Source of the DNA: Chloroherpetonaceae bacterium
GTDB lineage: Bacteria; Bacteroidota; Chlorobiia; Chlorobiales; Thermochlorobacteraceae
DNA length: 64,000 nt
Reading direction: 5' to 3'
Assembly (NCBI GenBank): GCA_046292465.1
Contig: JBKBRB010000012.1
Span: 7,282 to 71,281, forward strand
Under the pieces are notes generated by a model. The model saw only the letters and a list, made by a program, of their open reading frames with translations, ran no database searches and was not told where the DNA came from. Below, piece by piece: positions 56,643 to 64,000 of this stretch; the first letter of the stretch is position 1, and each line of letters starts with the position of its first letter. A program made the translations under genes and the position numbers.

Positions 56643-57179
56643 GTGAACACAGAACTTTCCATCTTGCGCGATGTCGCTCATCGATTAAACTCACGAGGCA
56701 TTTCGTATATGCTCACGGGGTCAATGGCGATGAACCTTTACGCCGAACCACGAATGACACGCGACCTTGACATCGTTCTTGAATTGAGCACAACCGATGT
56801 ATCTCTGCTTCTCACGCTCTTTGAACCTGACTACTACATTTCACAAGAAGAAATTAACCTTGCGCTTCGCACAATGGGAATGTTTAACTTGATTCATCAA
56901 GCCAGCGTTACCAAAATTGATTGCATCATCAAAAAAACAGATGCCTATTCGCTTGGCGCATTTTCACGTCGCAAGAAAATGAACATCGACGGCTTCGAGG
57001 TTGATGTGATTTGTAAAGAGGATTTGATTATCGCCAAACTCTTGTGGCTCAAAGAAACGGATTCAGGACAACAGAAACGAGATATTCAAAACTTGCTTCA
57101 AACCGATTACGATGCTACGCTCCTGCAAACGCTTGCTGACGCGCTCGGCTTAACTTATCTACTCAACCAACTGCGATGA
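56643..57179 (+). CDS. Pol-beta-fold nucleotidyltransferase-like protein
   Basis: YMLTGSMAMNLY (G-S motif) followed by RDLDIVL (DxD). 178 aa. GTG start. Confidence 0.5.
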   Translation: MNTELSILRDVAHRLNSRGISYMLTGSMAMNLYAEPRMTRDLDIVLELSTTDVSLLLTLFEPDYYISQEEINLALRTMGMFNLIHQASVTKIDCIIKKTDAYSLGAFSRRKKMNIDGFEVDVICKEDLIIAKLLWLKETDSGQQKRDIQNLLQTDYDATLLQTLADALGLTYLLNQLR

Positions 57180-57478
57180 AAAGCGATACTTCACCCGAAA
57201 TGCAAGCGCGATACCGCCAAATGCTGATGGCGCGCACGCCCGAAGAACGCTTCAAGATGGGACTCAGCGCATGCGAAGCCGCTCGCAAACTTGTGCTGGC
57301 GTCGCTTCCGCCTGACCTTGACGAAACCGAACGCCGCGTTCAACTTTTCCTTCGCTACTACAAAAACGATTTCACGCCGTCGCAACAGGAGAAAATCATC
57401 GCCTCGCTCCGCCAATACGGAAAAGCCCACGCCAATCCGACACCACCGCTCACTTCGGCAGAAGTTCCGTCTTCATAA
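57176..57478 (+). CDS. Small helical hypothetical protein, translationally coupled to the nucleotidyltransferase
   Basis: 100 aa. ATGA overlap at 57176-57179. No motif recognised. Confidence 0.45.
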   Translation: MKSDTSPEMQARYRQMLMARTPEERFKMGLSACEAARKLVLASLPPDLDETERRVQLFLRYYKNDFTPSQQEKIIASLRQYGKAHANPTPPLTSAEVPSS

Positions 57479-59966
57479 ATTTTTGCGATTGGAACAGTTC
57501 GGGATTGGTTACAAAATCGCGCAATTCGCCTTTTCGCCACAAAGGAAGTTGGTCGCTGTAATGCGGGCTGGCAGGCTCGCCGCTGTTGCCGCCGGGCAAA
57601 ACAGAACGGAACATATTCGGATTGCTTAAATCAATTACACGGCGTGAACTCGGACCGACTTTGTGCTCCAAGTTCACAAGGGCTCTGCCGTCGGGGTCGG
57701 ATTGTCGGAAGTAGTATTCGCCGTTGTTGATGGTTGTGGCAGTGCCGATTGAGGGAATGGTCTCGAAGTTGAAAAATTTCGCAATGCCGTCATTGGACTT
57801 CTGACCGAAAAGATGCCGAACCGTGAGCGTGTGTGCTTTTCCCCATTGCCAATTCGCATCGTCGGGGCTGAGTTTTTCTGTTAAAATTTCAACGGCTTCG
57901 CGAAAACTTTTGCGAATGATGTCGTCGCGCGTTTCTCGTCTGTCGCTGGTGCGAGTGTCGTCGAACCAATCGCTGAACATCACTTCTTCAACCATGATGG
58001 AATCGCGCTGAACGAGATTGATGGAGGAATCGGCAAGCAAGCGTTGAATGGTGCGCGTCGGCGAGTTAATGAGCGCAAGGTAGTTTTGATAGGCGTCGTC
58101 GCCGAGTTCATCGTGAAAGGTGTTTCGCAAAAGTTGTTTGAGGAACTGCGCGAAAATGGTCGGCGCAATTTCTTTTTCGGAGAAATCATATTGCCAATTT
58201 TTGAGATACTGAATGGCGCGTTGATGAGCGGCGGTCGTATCGTTTGCAATCGCGTTCATCAAATAGGGCATCAGGTCGCGTGCCATTGGCGAGACGACAT
58301 CGAACTGCATGGCTTCCATTTCTTTGACGCTCAACGTTTCTTTGGCTTGAATTAACTCTGTAATGCGCTCGGCACGCGAGGGTGGCTCCCACAACGCAGA
58401 GAGGTAGTATGGATAATCATCGCCGACGAGTTTGTTATTAGCATTGACGATGAAATCATTTGGCGGATTGAATAAGCGCGGTAAGGAATCAAACGGAATA
58501 AAGCCGCGCCACGCTTGAAGCGAATCGTCGGCATTGCGGAGCGAAAAGCCTTGCTTATCGAGGCGAATCGGAATTTTGACCGCAGGTTGATAGCCGATGT
58601 TGCCTGCTGTGTCGGCATAAAGGAAGTTCTGACCCGGCACGGCGAAATGTTTGAGCGCGGCGCGAAAATCGTCCCAATTCTTTGCCAAGAGAATATCGTG
58701 CATGGCTTTGAGTTCATCTGATTTCTCGAAGCCTGTCCATTGCATCACGACGACTTTTTTTTCTCGTGCAAGCGAAGGAATTGCCGTCGTCTTCAGACCT
58801 TGAAAACTGCGCCGAACATCTTCCGAAATCACCACGCCTGAAACGCCGTTTTTGCTGTAAAGCCTGACGAGAAGCGGTATCGGCTCACCATTTTTGACTT
58901 TGATTTCTTCCACAATTTCGGTGAAGGTGGTGTCGCTTGTAAGGAAGAAGTCGCAATCGTCTGCCATCACGTTGGTTAAGCCCCACGCGAGTTTATCGGT
59001 TTTGCCTAAGACGAGTGCAGGCGTTCCGGGAAGCGAACAGCCTGACGCATTAAGATTTTCCGATTTGCAAACAAGTTGAACTTCATACCATCGAGAAGGC
59101 GTCATGAAGCCCAAGTGGGGGTCGTTGGCAAGAATGGCGTTGCCGGTTGCGGATTTCGTGCGCGTTACTGCCCACGCATTGCTACCGATGTGCGAACCCA
59201 GCGCACCGAACATGGCGCGAAACTCTGAATCACACTCGCGAAAGGCAACGAGCGATTGCACGGCTTGCGGATTTGTTTCAGCGGCAACGATAATCGGCTT
59301 GTTTTTGGGATAGTCGGGGTAAAGTTCCATCGCTTTGGCTTTACCGAGTTTATGCTCGATTTCGGCAAGGGCAATATCGATATGCCAAGCGATGTTGAGT
59401 TCCCAGCCCATGAGGCGCACGATGGCAAGGCAATCTTCGGGCGTCCATGCTTCGGGCTCGTAGCCGAGTATATCGAATTCAATCGGCAGGCTTGATTCCT
59501 TGCGACGCACTTCGTCGAGAAAGGCATTAACGCCGTCGCTATAAGCAGAGAGTGCGATGCGTGAGTTTTCTGAAAGTCCGTCCCACGCCCAAAGGGCTTT
59601 TGCCAAGCGGTTAATGCCGACAGTGCGAAAGAGTTTATCAAATCCGATTGCGCCTTCGCCTAAAATTTCGGCAAGCCGTCCAGTTGCGGCGCGGCGTTGA
59701 AGTTCCATTTGCCAGAGCCGCTCGCGTGCGTGTGCGTAGCCTTGTGCGAAAAAGAGGTCGCGCTTGGTTTCAGCAACGATGTGCGCGGCTTTGAACTCGT
59801 CGTAAAAAATTTGAACAGGGGCGGAAAGTCCTTCAAGTCGCTTAGTTGCTTGGTAATCGGGAATGCTTCGCTTGACGAGATGATTGACGGCAAACGCGCC
59901 GCCTAATGCAATTAACATCAAGGCGACTACCACGCCAATGATAATTTTTACGATAGGTGATTTCAT
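57450..59966 (-). CDS. Penicillin/AHL acylase family Ntn-hydrolase
   Basis: 838 aa. N-terminal TM/signal, and the GSNAW autoprocessing site (Ser nucleophile) at the alpha/beta junction. Confidence 0.85.
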   Translation of the reverse strand: MKSPIVKIIIGVVVALMLIALGGAFAVNHLVKRSIPDYQATKRLEGLSAPVQIFYDEFKAAHIVAETKRDLFFAQGYAHARERLWQMELQRRAATGRLAEILGEGAIGFDKLFRTVGINRLAKALWAWDGLSENSRIALSAYSDGVNAFLDEVRRKESSLPIEFDILGYEPEAWTPEDCLAIVRLMGWELNIAWHIDIALAEIEHKLGKAKAMELYPDYPKNKPIIVAAETNPQAVQSLVAFRECDSEFRAMFGALGSHIGSNAWAVTRTKSATGNAILANDPHLGFMTPSRWYEVQLVCKSENLNASGCSLPGTPALVLGKTDKLAWGLTNVMADDCDFFLTSDTTFTEIVEEIKVKNGEPIPLLVRLYSKNGVSGVVISEDVRRSFQGLKTTAIPSLAREKKVVVMQWTGFEKSDELKAMHDILLAKNWDDFRAALKHFAVPGQNFLYADTAGNIGYQPAVKIPIRLDKQGFSLRNADDSLQAWRGFIPFDSLPRLFNPPNDFIVNANNKLVGDDYPYYLSALWEPPSRAERITELIQAKETLSVKEMEAMQFDVVSPMARDLMPYLMNAIANDTTAAHQRAIQYLKNWQYDFSEKEIAPTIFAQFLKQLLRNTFHDELGDDAYQNYLALINSPTRTIQRLLADSSINLVQRDSIMVEEVMFSDWFDDTRTSDRRETRDDIIRKSFREAVEILTEKLSPDDANWQWGKAHTLTVRHLFGQKSNDGIAKFFNFETIPSIGTATTINNGEYYFRQSDPDGRALVNLEHKVGPSSRRVIDLSNPNMFRSVLPGGNSGEPASPHYSDQLPLWRKGELRDFVTNPELFQSQKFMKTELLPK

Positions 59967-60130
59967 TTCACTACTGCTGAAAATTCATTCGCGAAATATA
60001 CGCATTTGCTCCGCCCTCGCTGAGATTCATTGTGGATTCTGCGCCTTTGCTTTGACTGCATAATGGCGGCTTATTGAAGCGGGTTTGCACAGATAATTGA
60101 GACGAATCAGTGGCGACCTGTCTAATCCAT

Positions 60131-60727
60131 CTAATCCGTGCTCTCTTTTGAGAACGGTGAAATGTGAGAAGAAACAATGCGGTGAGCATGAATTTGAGTG
60201 AATTCTTTCCAAGTTTTGACTTTGGTTGAAGCGCGAGAAGTTATAGCCTCTTGGAATGGTATTGAGAAAAGCGCGTCGCAAAGTGCGATGGCAAGCGCAT
60301 CGAAAGCGTCGGCGCGGGCTTTTGCACCTTGAAGCGCGAGCAAACTCTTCACCATAAATTCAACTTGTGCTTTTGCCGAATTGCCGTTGCCTGTAATGGC
60401 TTTCTTAACTTCACGCGGCGCATATTCCGAAATTGCAAGTCCGTAGTTCATCGATAAAACCATCACCACGCCGCGCACTTGTCCTAACTTCAATGCCGAC
60501 TGCACATTCTTTCCACAAAACGCCGTCTCGAGCGAAACCTTCGTGGGACGATACTGCTCGATAACACGCGCTAACTCGTCATAAATTTGCTTTAAGCGTT
60601 TTGGCATCTCATCTTTGGCACGGGTTGAAATCACGCCGTAATGCACGGCGCGACATGTGTTGCCCTTTTTTTCAACCAAGCCGAAGCCTGTAAAGAGCGT
60701 GCCGGGGTCTATGCCGAGCGTAATCAT
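60131..60727 (-). CDS. ruvC: Holliday junction resolvase RuvC
   Basis: ITLGIDPGTLFTGFGL, ETAFCGKNVQSALKLGQVRG, DAFDALAIALC. Start set to ATG 60727. Confidence 0.9.
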   Translation of the reverse strand: MITLGIDPGTLFTGFGLVEKKGNTCRAVHYGVISTRAKDEMPKRLKQIYDELARVIEQYRPTKVSLETAFCGKNVQSALKLGQVRGVVMVLSMNYGLAISEYAPREVKKAITGNGNSAKAQVEFMVKSLLALQGAKARADAFDALAIALCDALFSIPFQEAITSRASTKVKTWKEFTQIHAHRIVSSHISPFSKESTD

Positions 60728-60754
60728 TATCAATTCTGTTCTGAAAAAATTATC

Positions 60755-61516
60755 ATGCAAAAAAAGCCGTTGCGCGTAGGCTTTCAAGGCGAGTTCGGTG
60801 CATATTCAGAAATTGCCGCTGAAAAAATCGGCAAGCCAATTCCGTTTCCAACATTCGAGCGCGTCTTCGAAGCCGTCCTCAACAAACAAGTCGATTGCGC
60901 CGTCATTCCAATTGCCAACGCGATTGCAGGCATGGTGAAGGAAAATGCAGAACTTTTATGGCGATTTCAAAAACGCATCAAAATTTTAGCCGAATCAACG
61001 ATTCCAATTCTACACTGCTTGCTTGGCGTGCAAGGGAGTTCAATAAAAACAGCAACCGAAGTTCACTCGCATTGGCAAGCCCTCGCACAGTGCCAAAAAC
61101 TTTTTCAACGCCACAAGCACTTAAAGCCTGTTGAAACTTACGACACGGCGGGTAGCGCAAAATGGCTTGCCGAATCAGGCAAGAGCACGCAACTCGTCAT
61201 TGCCTCTGAACGCGCCGCTGAACGATACGGACTGCATGTGTTGAAGCGCGCCATCAACGACATAAAAGAAAATAAAACACAGTTTTACATCATCGCCTCA
61301 GCCACATCGCGCTTGAACCTTTCGCAAGAAAACGAAAAGAGCGTCATCATCTGCAAGTCGCTACAAGAAGCACTGCCCTACATTCCGCACGCGCTACGAT
61401 GCGACGCCATTCCAACGCGCAGGAAACCTTTTGAGATGAACTACCTGCTCGAAGTTCGTGGCGAAATTTCCGACAAGCACGTCGCGCACTTGGGAACATT
61501 TGGTAATGTGCAATAA
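60755..61516 (+). CDS. pheA: Prephenate dehydratase
   Basis: VGFQGEFGAYSE, the IPIANAIAGMV segment, and NxTQFYII (equivalent to the TRF motif region). Start set to ATG 60755. Confidence 0.75.
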   Translation: MQKKPLRVGFQGEFGAYSEIAAEKIGKPIPFPTFERVFEAVLNKQVDCAVIPIANAIAGMVKENAELLWRFQKRIKILAESTIPILHCLLGVQGSSIKTATEVHSHWQALAQCQKLFQRHKHLKPVETYDTAGSAKWLAESGKSTQLVIASERAAERYGLHVLKRAINDIKENKTQFYIIASATSRLNLSQENEKSVIICKSLQEALPYIPHALRCDAIPTRRKPFEMNYLLEVRGEISDKHVAHLGTFGNVQ

Positions 61517-61560
61517 AACAAATAGCATTAAAAGGCTAATCACACAACTAACGCTTGACT

Positions 61561-62361
61561 ATGAAAACACACACTAAAACACTGCTGACATTCTTACTCA
61601 GTTCGGTCTTGACATTGGGCTACGCGCTCTATGTGCAAGGCAATTCGGGCGGACGAACAGGCGCAACACAACTCAACGGCGACGGGTGCATTTGTCATGG
61701 TGCCGCCTCTTCTGCTGTGAGCGTAACCATCACAGGACCTGATACGGTCTTAATCGGCTCAACCAATACCTACACCGTAACCATCACAGGCGGACCGTTG
61801 GTGCGCGGCGGAACAAACATCGCCACCTCATCTGGAACGCTCGATGTGGTGCAAGGAAGCGGACTGCGAAAAGTCGGAAATGAGCTCACGCACAGCACGC
61901 CAAAAGCCCCTGCAAATAACGCCGTTACATTCGACTTCACGTTCACAGCGCCAAACACCGCAGGAAACGCCATTCTTTATGCTAACGGCAACAGTGTCAA
62001 TTTCAACGGCAACAGCGCAGGCGACGCATGGAACTTTGCACCAAACAAAACCGTCGTCGTTTCAGCCACAAGCACGGCACCCACGCAAAACCGTCCTGCG
62101 GGATTTGAACTTGCGCAAAACTTCCCGAACCCATTTAATCCGTCTACAACAATTCAATTCACGTTGCCGCAAGATGATGTTGTGCGATTAAAAGTCTACG
62201 ATGCAAGCGGTCGCGAAGTGCAAACGCTCTTGAACGGACGCACATCGAGAGGAACACACACGGTTTCGTTTAATGCCACGAATTTAGCCAGTGGGGTCTA
62301 TCTCTATCGCTTGGAAACGAGCGCGTTTTCAGAGACGAAGAAAATGTTGCTCATCAAGTAA
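61561..62361 (+). CDS. Secreted protein with a T9SS C-terminal sorting domain
   Basis: Signal peptide. The C-terminus ELAQNFPNPFNPSTTIQFTL...SGVYLYRLET...KKMLLIK is a canonical Por/T9SS CTD. The N-domain contains DGCICHG. Confidence 0.85.
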   Translation: MKTHTKTLLTFLLSSVLTLGYALYVQGNSGGRTGATQLNGDGCICHGAASSAVSVTITGPDTVLIGSTNTYTVTITGGPLVRGGTNIATSSGTLDVVQGSGLRKVGNELTHSTPKAPANNAVTFDFTFTAPNTAGNAILYANGNSVNFNGNSAGDAWNFAPNKTVVVSATSTAPTQNRPAGFELAQNFPNPFNPSTTIQFTLPQDDVVRLKVYDASGREVQTLLNGRTSRGTHTVSFNATNLASGVYLYRLETSAFSETKKMLLIK

Positions 62362-62383
62362 GCAAGAAGAGGTAGGCAAAAAG

Positions 62384-62415
62384 AAGGCGGATGAAAAGTC
62401 CGCCTTTTAATTTTT
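62384..62415. terminator. Bidirectional terminator between convergent genes
   Basis: AAGGCGGA-tgaaaag-TCCGCCTT followed by TTAATTTTT, with an A-run upstream. Confidence 0.7.
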
Positions 62416-62781
62416 CGGTTGGAGCACCATGCCCAAAATCCACGAGACAACCGTAATGACGATTGAGCCTAAGACAGCCGCGCCGAAACTTTCCACACGA
62501 AACTCGGGCACAAAGTAAGCCGCAACGACGAGAATCACGGCGTTGATGACAAGCAAGAACAATCCAAATGTCAAGGCAATCAGCGGAATTGAAAAGATAA
62601 TGAAAACAGGCTTCACAATCGCGTTGAGCAAGCCAATAACAAGGGCGGCAAGAAGCGTTGTGCCTAAGCCTTTAATCGTAATCCCATCGATGAAGGTGGC
62701 GGCGCAATAGACGGCAACTGCATCAACGAGCCAAGTAATGAGAAATCTCGAGAAGAAGGACATGGTGGTTAGTTTATTCAA
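62407..62781 (-). CDS. DUF360 / phage-holin-4_2 family 4-TM membrane protein
   Basis: 124 aa. LLNAIVKPVFIIFSIPLIALTFGLFLLVINA is typical of the YvlD/DUF360 family. Confidence 0.75.
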   Translation of the reverse strand: MNKLTTMSFFSRFLITWLVDAVAVYCAATFIDGITIKGLGTTLLAALVIGLLNAIVKPVFIIFSIPLIALTFGLFLLVINAVILVVAAYFVPEFRVESFGAAVLGSIVITVVSWILGMVLQPKN

Positions 62782-64000
62782 AATGCTTTGTCAAGGTCAG
62801 CGCGAACTTTCTCGCGTTTTTTCTCGCCTTCAAGAGCACCCATGGCTTCATAGAATGCTTGGTCATAGTTGCGCGTTTTCACCACGACGGGCATTGGAAC
62901 GCCGTGTCCCATAATGAGTGCTTGCTGTTTCGTATCCAAACTTGCCAAAATGCTCCGCAAACCGCTGGCGTTAGAAACGCCTGAAAGAACCGCGTTAATA
63001 TCTTTTTCGTCAGAAAGCGCGGCGACGATTTTCGTGCCGATTTGCGAGAGAATTTCATCGTCAATGCCCGACGGACGCTGGTCCACGAGCAAAAGTGAGA
63101 CATAATACTTGCGCAGTTCGCGCGCGATTTTACCAAACGACGTTTGCGCCGCCGCACGCGGATTGAGAAACTTGTGCGCCTCTTCAATGGTGATGACAAG
63201 TTGTTTCGGCTTATCGGCTTCGTTCTGTGTGCGAAGGTAGTTGTCGGTTCGGTCTTTGTAGGTTTCTTCGACGCGGCGCGTGATGATGTTGGCAACGAGC
63301 AAGTAGCTCATCATGTTGTCGTATTTGCCAAACTCGACAACAACGCTGACGCCATTGAGCAAATCGGTAATCAAATGATTAATGACATCGATTTTTTCTT
63401 TGCGCGGGTTGAAGTCCAAAAAGCTGCAAGTCTGTCGAAGCCGTTCTAAGCGTCGCCACAAGGCTTGCATTGACGAAGTGAGAAGGTTGCGGCGGCTGGC
63501 AAAGTCCTCAATCGCCGCTGGGTCGCCGCTATCCATCAGGTTCATGAACTCGGTCAGCCAAGCATTGCCAAAGGCATTTTTCAAGATGTAAGTGTATTCA
63601 GCGGCAGTGGGGTTGAGCCGAAGTTCTTCTTGCAAAAGCAAAATATCTTCGGGTTCGATTTGCTCAACGCTAATGCGGACTTCGTGGTCGCATCGTGCGC
63701 CGCGCCGTTGAGAGCCTTCTTTATCGAGCGAATAGACTTTCACCTTGCCGCGATGTGCAAACAATGGTTGCAAGCCTTTGACGGACGTTTGTCCTGTGCC
63801 TTCGAAAGTGCCTTTCGTGCCGTATTCGTTGTGCATATCGAAGACGAGGTTCACGGCGGCGTCCGTATGAATAAAGCCTGCAAGAAGCAATCGCGTGATG
63901 AAGGTTTTGCCCGTGCCTGTCCGACCAAAAACGGCACTGCTCCGCTCTGAAAATGTTTTCAGGTCTAAGCAAACGGCTTGCTCCATGTCGAGCGGCGTGC
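62778..64000 (-). CDS. HerA-like (DUF87) P-loop ATPase, 5' end beyond the window
   Basis: Walker A FGRTGTGKTF and Walker B region LVITIEEAHKF. The reading frame stays open upstream of the track's internal Met to the window edge (..TPLDMEQAV..). Its stop overlaps the DUF360 start (ATGA). Confidence 0.75.
   Translation of the reverse strand, partial: TPLDMEQAVCLDLKTFSERSSAVFGRTGTGKTFITRLLLAGFIHTDAAVNLVFDMHNEYGTKGTFEGTGQTSVKGLQPLFAHRGKVKVYSLDKEGSQRRGARCDHEVRISVEQIEPEDILLLQEELRLNPTAAEYTYILKNAFGNAWLTEFMNLMDSGDPAAIEDFASRRNLLTSSMQALWRRLERLRQTCSFLDFNPRKEKIDVINHLITDLLNGVSVVVEFGKYDNMMSYLLVANIITRRVEETYKDRTDNYLRTQNEADKPKQLVITIEEAHKFLNPRAAAQTSFGKIARELRKYYVSLLLVDQRPSGIDDEILSQIGTKIVAALSDEKDINAVLSGVSNASGLRSILASLDTKQQALIMGHGVPMPVVVKTRNYDQAFYEAMGALEGEKKREKVRADLDKAF

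Noticed and set aside
57176-57478. A HEPN toxin assignment for the small protein after the nucleotidyltransferase
   Set aside because: No Rx4-6H motif is present, so only a generic TA-like layout is reported.

Overview
About 50% GC chromosomal window, dense with housekeeping genes. It probably comes from an FCB-group bacterium (Chlorobi/Ignavibacteria/Bacteroidetes-like). That placement is inferred from a T9SS C-terminal sorting domain, a TAnnTTTG-type promoter and the gene content. All homology calls are by-eye motif recognition on the supplied translations; no searches were run.

Coding content:
- Envelope and LPS: TamB-like (runs off the left edge and is missing from the ORF track), heptose-1-P adenylyltransferase, LpxL-type acyltransferase, LspA, RodA/FtsW, MscL, and a thioester alpha-2-macroglobulin lipoprotein.
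- Central metabolism: class I FBP aldolase, alanine dehydrogenase, SdhB, AsnB, AroC, MoaA, HemY, Fhs, PheA, MeaB.
- Translation and stress: Tig, Era, Rel, RluE, RdgB, RuvC.
- Signalling: two paralogous histidine kinases, a SiaB/SiaC-like partner-switch pair, a STAS protein, and a LytTR response regulator.
- Two inverted Rpn/PD-(D/E)XK paralogs bracket a 10-kb segment.
- A HerA-like ATPase runs off the right edge.

The most unusual signals are non-coding:
1. Three tandem ~70-nt structured RNA elements lie at 24.46-24.88 kb. They have an invariant core and covarying stems, and are probably on the minus strand.
2. A ~185-nt sRNA gene at 5.95-6.13 kb has a strong promoter, a strong terminator and two internally repeated hairpin-plus-G-rich-box modules.

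No rRNA, tRNA, CRISPR array, transposase or integrase was seen.
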